In this document: positions 49,661 to 62,300 of the stretch, piece after piece
Layout of the letters: the number at the start of each line of letters is the position of its first letter
Numbering within the stretch: the first letter of the stretch is position 1
NCBI GenBank assembly: GCA_028023455.1
Contig: JAQFVV010000001.1
Span: 12,090,001 to 12,154,000, forward strand
Direction of reading: 5' to 3'
Length of the DNA stretch: 64,000 nt
DNA from: Epiperipatus broadwayi
Taxonomy: Eukaryota; Animalia; Onychophora
Notes under the pieces: model-generated
Database searches by the model: none
Seen by the model: only the letters and a program-made list of their open reading frames with translations
What the model was told of the DNA's origin: nothing
Position numbers and translations under genes: made by a program

Positions 49661-52487
49661 ATAATATTTTGCATTAAGAATATAATTCCAGTTAAAAATA
49701 TACACAATAATTTCAATTTGCATGATGCAAATAAATTTTTTTTTGACAGAAACTTACTATAGAAAGCAATAAAGCTAAAAAAATTATCAACTTTAGTATT
49801 AAATAAAGAATTTAAATATTTTGTAAAAATTTTCATAAATTCTAAATTTTGATAAATTTAAATTCGTGTTTTAAGTAGTAGTCAGTATATCATATTTCTC
49901 AAAAATTATAACAACACTAAAAATTGACCCTGAAATAAGTGTTTATTCTTAAATATTAAAAATAACTTCGATAAATTATAATTTATATGTGCTTGACTAA
50001 TTTTTTTTTTCATCTGAAACGTAATTGCAAAATAATTATTTATTGGAGTTTCTATAAATATCATTTAGGAAAAAATTAAATGAATAAATCCATGACAATC
50101 CATTATGTAGAAAGAATTAAACAAAGTGACTAAAATTTTTTTTTTTTTTAAAAAATAGAGCTTATTTAAGAAATCAATAAAATATTTACAATAACTATTT
50201 ACTATACATCATTTTGCATTAGTATTTTTTTAAATTATAAAAATAAATAAATCAAAAAACCTAGTTTTAAAAATCAATAAAATATTAGCAGTTATGTATA
50301 ATATAAAGTGAAATATTTTCATAGTAATTTAAATGAAAAACGAAGAAACAAAATATTTAAATGAAGCCAAATTAAACAGTTTAAAGATGTAATGAAAGCA
50401 TGAGAAAAATGACTAAATAGTAATATCTTTCTCAAGCATAGTAAAAAGTAAATTTTTTTTGAATTAATAATCTTTTAACATATATTCAAATGTCAAGTGT
50501 AATAATATGCTTTGGTTTTCTTTTAATATCCTATAAATTGGATATTTTAGAAAGAATTGATAAATATTTCCAGGGTAAGTATCAGAGAGCTATGATTATG
50601 GTGCAAAAGTGCACTCAGCTTTAGATTACAAAGAATAAAAAAACCACTTCGTTAAACTGAACACAATCGTATGCAAATTCAAATTACAAATGAAGGGTAA
50701 AATAAAAAAAATCATTACTAATTATTAATAATTATATTTTTTTAAAATAATAATTTACATTATATTAAATTGTTTGTATACATTATTTTAAATTTATTCG
50801 CTAAAAAGTAAAATTATTTATTATATATATAAACAAAATTAAAAGTTTGTCAGCAGTTTGTGGAAGTAATTACCATTATATGTTTATGAAAATGTGTGCA
50901 TATAAATAGCAAAATACAATAATTAATGGACTTTGCACTTCCAAATTATAAATTATCAATGTTATTATTAAATAAATATTTGATAACAAATTATTATATA
51001 ATCCAATATTTATTTTGTTATAAACCCCCCCCCCCAAAAAAAAAAACCCCGTGCATTTTCATACATGAATCTTGGGTTAAAAATAACATGTCAAAATATA
51101 TTAATTTTCACAAAAAAAGTGGCATAAAAAATAATCAGTAAATACTTTTATATGATATTCCATCCTGTGTACTTAAATGCAGTGATAATGATAGATTCTG
51201 GAACTCAAAATCTACGATCATAGCCCAGTCCTGTCACTTTCTGTGCTCAAACATTTTATCAATTCCCGAGCAATAAACTATTCCATTATTTTTCGTTCAT
51301 TCATATCATTTTAATCACATTTTCATGAAGATTAATTTAAATCTACTAAGAAAAATTTCTATTTTAAATCTATAAATCAAAATACAATTTAGAAATAAAT
51401 TTAAAATTAATAACTTTAAAAATGTTTTAATTATTAATTAATTTTATACTGATTATCTTTCTTAGTTTTATTATTTTTTATAATATGGTAGTTTTATGAA
51501 ATATACTTTATTTTTAACATCATATAAACTGAAATTATTGTCAAAATTACCTCTTCAACTAAATACATTAACTACAATAATATAGTTTACACTACTATGG
51601 TCCAACATTAGCAATATAGAAAAATTGTTAATATGAAAAGGGTTGAAAATTATATCTTCAAGAGTATCAGTAATCAAACTGTACATTTTATTTCTACTGT
51701 TTCTCTGATACTTAGTTTTTAGATCTATCACTACATAACTTTTATAAAAATAATTATATTCTGATTCTTCCTACATCTGTGCAAGACATTCTTATGTGTT
51801 AAGATACTTGTTATTATAAAATAGATTTTTTTTTTTAAATGACATGTTTTTCCAATTACTTTTCTTATTAAACATCTCACTGCTCAATAATAAGATTTAT
51901 CAAATGAAATATTTGAATGTGAAACACAAGATAATGAAATTATTTGTGTATTTTAGCTTAATAAAACATTTGTAGCAATACATTACATTTAATCATATTA
52001 AATAAAACTTTGCAAAAATAATCAAAGCTTTATTAAAAAAAATAAAATATCTGCAAATAAATCAAAAGATTTAAGAAATATTGCTATTTTTCTTTATATT
52101 GGAAAAATATGGGAAGATTTTTAAAATTCACCAATTAAAAATATATAAATTTAATCACAACAGCTTTGAATAAACTTTATTAATAACAAATTAAATACAA
52201 ATATTAACATATACACAGGAGAACAAAAAGAATTTGCAAGACATATGATTCATAGCTTATAAAAATATAATCATTATGACTTGTGTTTGAGGGTGGATGA
52301 AAAAAATTCTGCAATATCATTCTAAAGATATGTACATCTAATAAAAATATTAATGGGAAAAAAATCAACTCATACATCACATGACTTAATTTAAAATATT
52401 GTTTTGCCAAATTTTGCTCATTTTACTTCTAGATAAATATTTTAGAACATATAAATATGTATTATACTAGAGCAGTGAGCAAACCAC

Positions 52488-52608
52488 GTTCTAAGAATTA
52501 GTAAGGTATTATAAGAATGAAAATTTTTAATATTTTTCTCAAACAATTGTTTAAAATTAAGTATGCTTGTGAAAGACAATGTGCCATAAGGATGAGAAGT
52601 ATGGACAG
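52488..52608 (-). CDS. Weak candidate exon
   Basis: ttttttaaag|CT + VHTSHPYGTLSFTSILNFKQLFEKNIKNFHSYNTLLILR + AC|gtggtt. Phases bridge the 52841 and 42491 exons; donor weak. Confidence 0.25.
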
Positions 52609-52840
52609 CTTTAAAAAATGTGTATCATTTGTGGATGATTATACATGTTGGATCCAGATTTCAATTTAAACTAGTCAATAAGAAAGATTTTAGTAGAAAT
52701 TGTGCCAAGTAATAAGTTAAATAAAAATATCAACAATGATTGAGAAACATATATATTTTGAAATCAGGTTCAAGTTTTGGCAATTGGAAAAGTTGACCAC
52801 AGACATCTATATCTATTAGGATACATATATTTTTTCAAAC

Positions 52841-53019
52841 CTTTAAATGAAACACCAACCAAAGATTTGCTATTATAATTGTTCAACAGATCTGCATACT
52901 CAATAGCATGATCAGTAAAAAAGGAACTATTTGCATATGGAAGTGGAGCAAACAATGTTATAGGTGGGAGAGTGGTTTTTAGGATTGGACTAACTGAAGT
53001 TGTGATGTATATTTTAACT
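52841..53019 (-). CDS. Candidate internal exon
   Basis: Strong acceptor ttttttgtttcctatatcag|; 59 codons VKIYITTSVSPILKTTLPPITLFAPLPYANSSFFTDHAIEYADLLNNYNSKSLVGVSFK; donor AAG|gtttga. Confidence 0.5.
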
Positions 53020-54130
53020 CTGATATAGGAAACAAAAAAATTGAGGACATATTTAATTAAGATCATCTTTACTTACTTAAGGTCTTTATATATAGATGTA
53101 ATGTTACTGGTCTATCAAGCTGCATAAAAATCTATGTATATGAACCAATAGAGAATAAAAAGTAGTAATCAGTAGTTATAACTTTAAAAAAAGTTGTTTT
53201 TAATTCATTTTAAAGCTGAGCTAGTTATAATAAAAAATCTAAAAAATATGCACCATTAAAAACCAATAGATTATAACAAATGAAATGTGCAACTAAATTA
53301 AAAAAAAATTATTACTGTCCAAAAATCAAGAAAAACAAGATTGATTTCACAATCATGAAAAACAATTTAATATTCTGATACCATTTCTGACATTAGAGGT
53401 TTTAGATTTTCTTCACACCAACTTCCTGATAATGCCTAATGCTATTTCTGTTGTATCACTCAAAACTACAGTTTATAAGTGTAAATATTCTATGATCCTT
53501 TTCTAAACTGCCAATAAATAATACTGACTCTAAAAGCAACAATCTAATATTTCTTAATATCTCCAAACTTAAGATAAGTGTTGGTTATTTCATATTTCAA
53601 CAGTTGATTTAGAAGACAAATGAATGGATAAATACTTTGAGTATTTCTTTACTAATATAATCCACTTTTGAATTCAGCACTACCAATTTTTCAAAATGAT
53701 TGAAATATTTCAATTATAATCTAGTTATAAAGTGAGAAAATATCTCTTTAATTGTATAATAGATACATTTTTTCAACAATTTTTCTTATTAAATCATTAT
53801 AAGATAATATGTTAAATTAGAATTTGCATACGGTAATGAATGACTTTGCTTGTACATACATATAAGCATAGTAAAGCATTTCTTTCTTTCGATGTGTTGG
53901 GAAATAAAAATGAAAATTATTCATTTTAATTATAATAGTTTATAAAAAAGAGATGCTAGGATATATCATACGAGTCATAAATAATGACTAAACAACAACT
54001 AATAAAGATCAAGGATTAAATATCATAGCTGTCTCACATTAACTAATTATAGATATAATAAACACCCCCACACTTCCCCAATTCTTTTCAAATTCATATA
54101 AATAAAGATATAATAATAGATAAATGACTC

Positions 54131-54170
54131 CCAAGATGCATTTCATGCTGAACCAGCACTCATCAGTTGG
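54131..54170 (-). ncRNA. Near-intact minimal type I hammerhead (family C)
   Basis: CCAA CUGAUGA GUGCUG-GUU-CAGCAU GAAA UGCA UC/UUGG. Full core, palindrome AUGCAU; only deviation is a G10.1-U11.1 wobble. Confidence 0.85.
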
Positions 54171-54537
54171 CCCAGGTTACTATCTCTCATATATATCTCT
54201 ATTATATGCAAAGTATTTATCTAGAGTAAATTGTTAAATTTTCGTTTACTATTGTCAAACTCCCTCCACTCACAACTTTGACGCCATCCATTTCAGATAA
54301 ATACACTAATGATTATTACTAATCATTTTCGAAACTAGAGATTATCTCTAGCACAAATATAAACTTTAAACTTCAGTTAAAGATTAATATATCTGATTTT
54401 TTTAAAATTTACACACACGGAGTTATTCACCTTTCTCTGTCCCATATGTAATATCTTTATAGATATAATAAACACTTCCATAATTCCCCAAATTCTTTTC
54501 AAATTCATATAAAGATATAATAAAAGACAAATGACCT

Positions 54538-54577
54538 CCAAGTTGCATTTCGTGCTGAACCAGCACTCATCAGTTGG
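54538..54577 (-). ncRNA. Hammerhead (family C), U16.1>A
   Basis: CCAA CUGAUGA GUGCUG-GUU-CAGCAC GAAA UGCA AC UUGG. Confidence 0.75.
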
Positions 54578-54682
54578 CCCAGGTCACTATCTCTCATAAA
54601 CGAAAATGTAACAATTTACTCTAGATAAATACTTTGCATATAATAGATATTTATGAACACCAGAGCTAGTTCAACTATTAGC

Positions 54683-54980
54683 TTATAAGCAATTCCCTTC
54701 TTAATTGCACCTTCATAAATTAAATCTGCCTCTGTAAGTAAATTTTGACAAAGCCTATCATCTGAGATCCCCCATAACAACTAATCCAGAAGTACTAAGT
54801 CTACAAAATCGCCATAACTACAATTTTTTGATAACTCCTGCAACACTATATAATACTCTTTAATAGTCTTGCCACTATATTGCTTTCTATTTCTTAGTAT
54901 TATTCTGGCTAAGCGTCAAGATGGTTTTGGGCTAAAATGATCATTCATTTTTTTCACTATGGCCTCATATATGTGATTGA
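54683..54980 (-). pseudogene. Isolated Gypsy (Mag-like) gag fragment
   Basis: YEAIVKKMNDHFSPKPS*RLARIILRNRKQ...LQELSKNCSYGD...LLWGISDDRLCQNLL; similar in pattern to the gag at 28244-28537; two stops. Confidence 0.7.
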
Positions 54981-55149
54981 CCCATTTATTGGTTGTGCAA
55001 AATATTTATTTGTAATATTCGTTAACCATCTGTTCTGCCAGATACAGCAGTCTTGAATATCATTCAGCACAAAAAAACTTTTCAATTTGCATAATATATT
55101 GTGACCATTTCACTGCAGTTCCTATATCAACCTTAGATATACTTGACTA

Positions 55150-57500
55150 GCCCAAAGACATTTTTTATCCTGACTAGAGTAATAGCCCCACACAATAGCC
55201 AAAATAAGAAAAAAATATACTATCTTATTTCATAACTTTAGACATAGTACTCTACAGCTAGGTTCAGGTTTTTTGACTGTGCCAACTTAAGACAACTATT
55301 ATTTGCTACAACCCATAAATTTATAACAATCAAAAAAATATATGTTTCAACTTTACCATTTGGTAGTAAATCCTCAGAGCCATGTCAGGCATATATAAAA
55401 TAATAATAAAATCAGGACAATCTATATAACATTCTAACCAGCTATTAACCTTCAGGTAACTGGTGCCTGGGAACGGTATCTCCCAAGATGTTTGCAGTGC
55501 TAACTCTCTGCTAAATATCTTTTCTGCTAACTGGCCGAAGACAGAGGAAAAGCAATTTGTTCCACACACTTGTAAAAATGGAGAATTTCTTCTGTCCTTT
55601 TTTCCCCACTGCATATATCTCTCTCTGAATTTCTTCTCACTAATCAAATTCTACATTTACAGATTCAATTAGTGTATTTTAATTTATTCAGACAGCCTAA
55701 TCATTTCCTGTCATATTAATTCAAGTTATTTTCCCTCAACTTCTTATTCATTAATTATGGACTTTCTTTTTGTTAATTAAACTAACATTATTAACAATTA
55801 GCTGATATTTTTACATCAAATCACAAAACTATTTATCGAAATCTGTAACCTTAAATGATCAGATAAATTATCAATTTTAAGAAATGACTTTATATGAGCA
55901 AACTAAAATATTACAATTTCTGCTATATTGTAACTATATAATGAAAATAAAATTGGTCAAGAATGCTTCCTTGAGCAAGGGCTCCATTTTTATAGTAATA
56001 AATCTGATTCTTGAATTTGTAATAAATATAATTTGGATGATCAATTAAATAGGATTCAAACCATAGTAAAAGAAGAAGAAACCACCAAACAATCCAATTT
56101 AAATAATTCACTATATCAAAAGCCTTACTAAAATTAAAATATATTACATGCAAATAACAATGATCATTTATAGCATTAGCTATATGATCATATTATCAGA
56201 TTTGTCTCTACTAATTTGTTTCGAATAAACCAATACTGAAAATTGGGCATATATCCCTTAACTTAAAATAATACACATCTTTCGAAAAATTTTGAAATAC
56301 TGCCTAACAATGATATTGGCCTATAGTTCTTTAGATCATTTTTATATCTCTTCTATTATTTTGAAACTCTAGATAATTTATACATATTAGGGAAAACAGA
56401 TTTTTGTAAAGACAACATGAAAATATGACTTAAAACAGGAGCAACAAACTCCGCACAACCCTTATCATTTGATACCTTGGTGATATGAACAATATCTATA
56501 AACTTACTATGATTAGCAATAGAAATTATAGTTTCATAGTTACATTTAAACAGTTATTCGAAACATTATTCATTGACTTAAATTTAATGCTAGTAAAATC
56601 TTTAACATATATGACCAAAAACGCTTTGGATTATATTTAATATTTTTTTGCGTATTATTAATATAAATGATGACAGACTTTATCTTCACATAGAAACAAT
56701 TTTCAAATAAAATAATTTTGTTTTTTTATACAATTTATGATACCTATTTTTTTTCTCATTAAAATTAATTTAAGTCTACTAAAAAACCAAAAGGATATTT
56801 ATTCTTACTACTTTTAGTTTGAGACAAGAGATTTCCACTTATCCATGATATTTATCATAGTATCATTAAAGGTTACTACTGCGTTATCAATATCATTTAA
56901 AGAACAAATGTCTCTCCATACAAAATTCTAGATATCATAATAAAGACTCAAATAATCACCTTTTTTATAATTTCTATATGTTTGTCTAACATTAGCTGTT
57001 TTAAAAAAATTTACATCTATAGAACAATCCAAATAACAAAATTAGTCAAGACTAAATCAAGTATTTTATTAAAATCATTACATACAAAATTAAATTGAGT
57101 CAAATTGAGCATGCTAAAAATTTTTAAGGCTGACTTTTCTGTAAATAATAATCTGAATAACCATTTCCATTTGCTGAAAGCATAGAAGGAACATTCAAAT
57201 CCCACACTAATAATATATAATTTTTATGAGACAAACTTATCCTCCAAAGACTCCAATGCCAAATGCAGCTGGCTTAATTCAATATTTGGAGGAATATATA
57301 AATTACCAATTAATAATTTATTTTTGTGTGGTAGTGAAGCCTCAACCCAAATAGACTCAATAATATCAATCTGAATGGTAATTTCAGTACAAAAACACTT
57401 TTTTTTAATGCTATGAGAAATTTCCACCCTTTGATCCAAGATCAAGTGAGTGATCTTTTCCGAAAATCTGATATTTACTATCAATACAGCGACTGTCCAA
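55150..57500 (-). mobile_element. Decayed CR1/Jockey-group LINE (APE + RT)
   Basis: ESIWVE...LLIGNLYIPP (endonuclease, 57224-57484); YFNFSKAFD and LAQGSIL (RT, 55923-56153). Boundaries approximate. Confidence 0.7.
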
Positions 57501-58252
57501 ATAAGAACTATTTAACCTTGTTTCTATTAACATAACTAAATTATAAATTTTCAATTAAGATTGTAAGATAAAGATCATTAAATTTAGTATAAAGTCCTCT
57601 GGTATTCTGATAAATGCAATTTATACAATCATTTCTTATTACAAGCTAATGTGGCAAAAAAATTTTTTTTTAATAATCATTTATTTGGTATTACTTTGTC
57701 GCAAAAAATAAAATATATAGCAAATTTATTCGCTACATGAAAAAAATTTAAAAATATCTTGTCCAAGATTTCTTTAATATATATATAACAAGAAAAAAAT
57801 ATTAGTTAACTTAACTAGGTCTTTAAATTCACAATGGAGTCAAAAAAATTTTCTATGGCAAAAAAATAAATTTAGGACTTTTTTTAGATGTATTGATTAT
57901 AACAATAAAAATTCACAATTGGAATATAATTTAAAGCTCATTTTAATTGAATTAATTATTGTAATTATGAGCAATTCTTTTTCTGAAAATATTGTATTCT
58001 ATTCTATTTACTATCAAATAAAAAATATAAAAAAAAATTTTTTTTTTTAAAGAAATGCTTTTAATTTACTTAAATATACTAAAAAGTGAAAAATAAATTT
58101 TCTTTAAGTTTAACAATAGTTTTGATATAATGTGACCAAAATAAAAGCATGCACTACTCATGATAAACATAAATGCAACATCTTTTACTTTGGACACACA
58201 ATATGAAGAATTCCGTGAAAGTGAAGAAATTTTTTATCATTTTAGTGCATTT

Positions 58253-59463
58253 GGTTGTGTTCTGATCTATCGCGTCAGCCGTTTGACAGTGCTATTTCTA
58301 GCTAAATTTCTAGAAATATGCAGTTTCCGTGGCCGCAGCCAAGCAGATAGCTTTCTTTCTATGATAAAACACAGAAGGAGTCCATTTACTCGGCTGCCGG
58401 CTAACGGCTGTGACTTTTTTCTATGCTAAAAGCACAAAAAAATGCTGTGTGTTGACTGCATCGTGTCTAAATAATTTAACTTTTCAGGTTCACCTTTTTT
58501 TGTTTCATGTGAACTGGCCTGATACCTTCTAACACTTTTAACAGTGTCGACACTGTTCTATCAGGACTGTGTTAGCATCACAAATTGGATTTTAGGATAG
58601 GGCACAGCACTATTTCGAAAATCACGCTGAAAGTAACGTATCGCAAGAAATCGTCCGAGACAGGGAAGATGGCTGCTTCCAACTCTCAAATTGCCAATTG
58701 CCAGACACCGGAGTCAGATTTCATTATAATAGTTTGTAATAATTATTAATAACTTTGTTTGGTAAATTGCAATCAAATTTAGACTCCCCAAAATGCAGTG
58801 TCTGATTAATTACTGTCCAAAAAAGAGTAAAATTTGATTTAATTTTTTCTTAAAAAAATACGTAACTTTTCCGATACAGAAAAAAAAAAAAGCCCATCTC
58901 TGATTAATTACTGCCCAAATAAGTCTCCGCTATATTTACTATTCTTTGTTATTAAAAAAATAATGTAATTATATATATATATATACACACAAGAAGTGCA
59001 ATATAATTTAATTTTACCCCCCCCCCCCAACGCGGTGTCTGATTAATTACTGTCCCAAAAAAAAGAGGGTAAATGTAATTGAATTTTATATTAAAAAAGT
59101 ACCGTAACTTTTCCACACGCAAATTGAAAAAAACAAAACAAAAGAAGCCCATCTCTGATTAATTACTGACCCAAAAAAGATTAAAGTCGGCTTTCATTGT
59201 AAAATTTTGTTGGAATTACTGTCCAAAAAAGTCTCCAAAATATTCGAAAGTAATGTAGTGTTTGATCGACACATACACACACGCAAAAGACAGTCTCTGA
59301 TTAATTACTGTCCCAAAAAGTCTGCTTACATTTTTATATTTTGCTTTTAATTTTATGGACATCGTAGTTGTATAGAATGGCTGGCACAGGAACACTATAT
59401 CAATGTGTTTTTGCTTAGCATCAACACCATCAAGCGGCTGACACGATAGATCAGAACACAACC
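58253..59463. mobile_element. Second member of the GG-terminal 8-bp-TSD family, opposite orientation
   Basis: TIR GGTTGTGTTCTGATCTATCGYGTCAGCCGYTTGA; TSD GTGCATTT/ATGCATTT. Internal parts are reverse-complement homologous to 44210-44330, 44500-44757 and 42570-42620. Confidence 0.85.
58790..59320 (-). repeat. Internal tandem array, 5 full + 1 partial units
   Basis: TCTGATTAATTACTG at 58801, 58899, 59038, 59154 and 59296; partial unit at about 59215. Confidence 0.88.
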
Positions 59464-60370
59464 ATGCATTTATATGAATAAAAGCACTTGTTTCTTCTAC
59501 TTTAATTTTACAATAAAGTTTAATACAATTTAGTATCACTACATGGCAGTGTTGAAACCCATATAAATTAAAAATGTAAACTTTTTGAAATTTTTTAAAT
59601 TAAAATTGTTTGCTAATTCTAAAAAAATGTCTTGTTATTAAGAGTACATATATATGCAAAGTTCAATTAGATCAGATTGAAAAGTTGGATAAAAATTCAA
59701 TTTCAAAATTTCTGTCAGTCAGCCAAAAACATTAAAATTAAATAAAAAATGTATAATATATAAAAATTAGACATTTTTTTTATTCTAATGCAAATGTTTA
59801 AATTTTTATAAACACATTTTATTATCACAATTTCTCATCTTAATGTAAAGAAATTGTATAAAAATGTTTTCTAACTTCTGTAAGTAATCCATTCTATTAC
59901 TGCTAACTATAAAGCATATGTTTTTTGAAACTTCATATTAACAGAACATTATCTTATGAAAACATTTTATAAAAAGTATATTAAACAACAATGTATTTCT
60001 AACAGCATTTAAAATGATCTGTAATTAATAGAGTTCATTCTGCTGGATAATACATCTAAGGAAGATAATTCTTTTGTATTGTCAAGTAGAATACTTATTC
60101 AAGTTTAAATAGGGCAAAAAAAAATATAATAAAACAAGTTTGTTGTTAATGACTGAAACTAAGATAATCTTCACCTCTTTTCTTTTTCATACTACTAAAT
60201 TGAATTACTCTTTAGTTTAGAATGTTTTGTTGCAATTTCTGTATATAAATATAAGTTAAATATTATTTACTCAAGAAAAGATTTATTTATTTATATCAGC
60301 TTTTACAATTGCTTGTATCTATATATATTGTAATGGTCAGTTAGGATTTCACAGGAATGCCCAACATACA

Positions 60371-60385
60371 TCACCAGAGGGCGCC
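60371..60385 (+). promoter_or_regulatory. CTCF-like motif
   Basis: TCACCAGAGGGCGCC resembles the CTCF core CCACYAGRKGGCRC, in otherwise AT-rich DNA; motif match only. Confidence 0.3.
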
Positions 60386-60449
60386 ATAATACATCACATC
60401 AATTTCCTATCAATTCAATTCATAACCGATAGAATTCTATTGCTCAGTA

Positions 60450-62300
60450 AAATAGGTCATCACTGGATCTTTAATAAACTGATTTGTATAGGAAATTCAA
60501 GTTTACTGGTTAAAATATCCAGGTACAAACCCTTACAGAATCCTCGATCACTGTTAATATTTTTATACATGTCCATTAGATCTGGGAGAACCTCAAGACT
60601 CCTTTGAATATTTTACTAACTACTGTAGTGCTTACACAAATATATTACTTATAATTTTTTTTTTTGGTTTTTTTTTTTTAGAAACAATTACTCATTACCT
60701 CATTTCTAATATCAATTTAAAATAATAATGAAAATCACAAGCTCAGCATCTATTTATCATAGATCAGTTGTGTCTTTCCATTAAAATGACAATCATGTAT
60801 GAGTACATTACTCTCTACTCTCTAGATGAAAATATCCCTTCCCTCCCAAGGACTTAAGTGGAAAATCTCTAACTACTAAAAATAATATTGTCAACTCGAT
60901 CTGGAAATAAAATCCTCCGTTGAATTAAAGTACAGTATTGATCTTTATTTCTTTTTTTAAAATGTATCTGAGTTTATAGAAATATTGGGAAACAAATAAT
61001 CTTTAATTTTTTTTCTCCTATTATAATTAATTAAAAAAAAAAAAAATGCAGACAAGGTAAATATATTTTCAGAAACACAATCTTAATCAGTATTGTTTAA
61101 AACTTTATTTGCTTTAATACCCACTAATAACAGGGTTGTCTTTTTGTAAGTTATTGCCAACAAAATAAAATGAAAAAGCATCAGAAAATCATACAATATG
61201 AAATAGCCTTATATTAAAGGAACTCAGAAGTCTCTGAACATAGAAATCATGGGCTAAAAATTGTTTGCCACTTTAAATATTTTTTCTCTATGAAACCTTA
61301 TACACTATTATAATTTATTTACTTCACACTCCCTATTATCTCTTTCCATTTCTACAATTAATAAATTATCCCTTTAGCATTGACAAATTTCCTTTCTTTT
61401 CTTATATTTTTTAATAAAAACTGTTTTATTCATTCAAATATTCTTTTCCCACATCTTTGACATTAATTTTGTTCCTTTTTCAACATTGTACATTTCAAAA
61501 AAACAAATGCTTTGTATTCTTATTTCCATATAAATCATAGCTACTTTTCAAATTCTTATCAAGTATTTATCCTCTTTCCTAAATATCCTAAGTTCATATT
61601 CTTTGATATTTTTCAGTCTTATAGTATCTTTTTTTGAATTATCTTATCTATGCTCTTTTCCCAATCCTTACAATTCTGAATAAGTAATACACAATATTCT
61701 TTAAAAAATATCTACAAACTATTTTTTCTACAAATATATAAATTATCTATTAAATAATTATGCATAACGTAAAACCTTCCTAATGCATCATGTTCCTTAT
61801 CCTCTCCATATAATAAAATTAAACTTTTTATTAATATACTTTCATTCATATATTGCACTCTTCCAAATATTTTTAATATGCAGCATTGATATGATGTAAA
61901 ATAGATTCTTCTTAAATTAAGTCAGAAGTCCTTGTGTCCAATCCATATATCCAGAGATCTTGTTAATTAAGTTAAACATTTCCACACTTCGAAATCATAT
62001 AATATAAAAAAACCCACTTATTCCACTACTTCTAAACTGATATATTTATCTTTCTTCCCCTATTCCATTTAAAAAAAAAAGGTGTTCCAATAATTCAAAT
62101 ACTCTATCCTCATTAATCACCACTACAGTCACAAAAACAAAAAAACAAAACAGAAAATCTATTTCTTTCAATTTCTTCATTTTTGTTTCTTCCAATTCTT
62201 AATAAATTTGTCTTGAATCTCTTTCCAACACATTATACTCCAAAAATAAATGTTCAATATTCTCACTGTCATTTCCATTATAAATCACAATTGCAATCCA
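60450..62300 (-). mobile_element. Old decayed CR1-type LINE
   Basis: Minus-strand remnants INEDRVFELLEHL (~62100), AMIYME..KAF (~61505-61540) and DLMDMYKNIN (~60560-60590; cf. CR1 RGDLIE.YKI). Boundaries approximate. Confidence 0.55.

Larger units (their letters stand above)
54028..54655 (-). repeat. Family C hammerhead repeat: about 1.4 tandem units of 407 bp plus an inverted 5' segment
   Basis: tatagatataataaacac...tatctctcata is duplicated at a spacing of about 407 bp. 54597-54650 is the reverse complement of about 54195-54248. Confidence 0.88.

Noticed and set aside
50545-50580. 24-nt plus-strand mini-exon ending CAGG|gtaagt
   Set aside because: No other plus-strand exons to join; a single strong donor is expected by chance.
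55340-55380. CUGAGGA-stem-GAAA on the minus strand
   Set aside because: Three extra bases before GAAA, no stem I, single copy inside a CR1 relic; likely chance.
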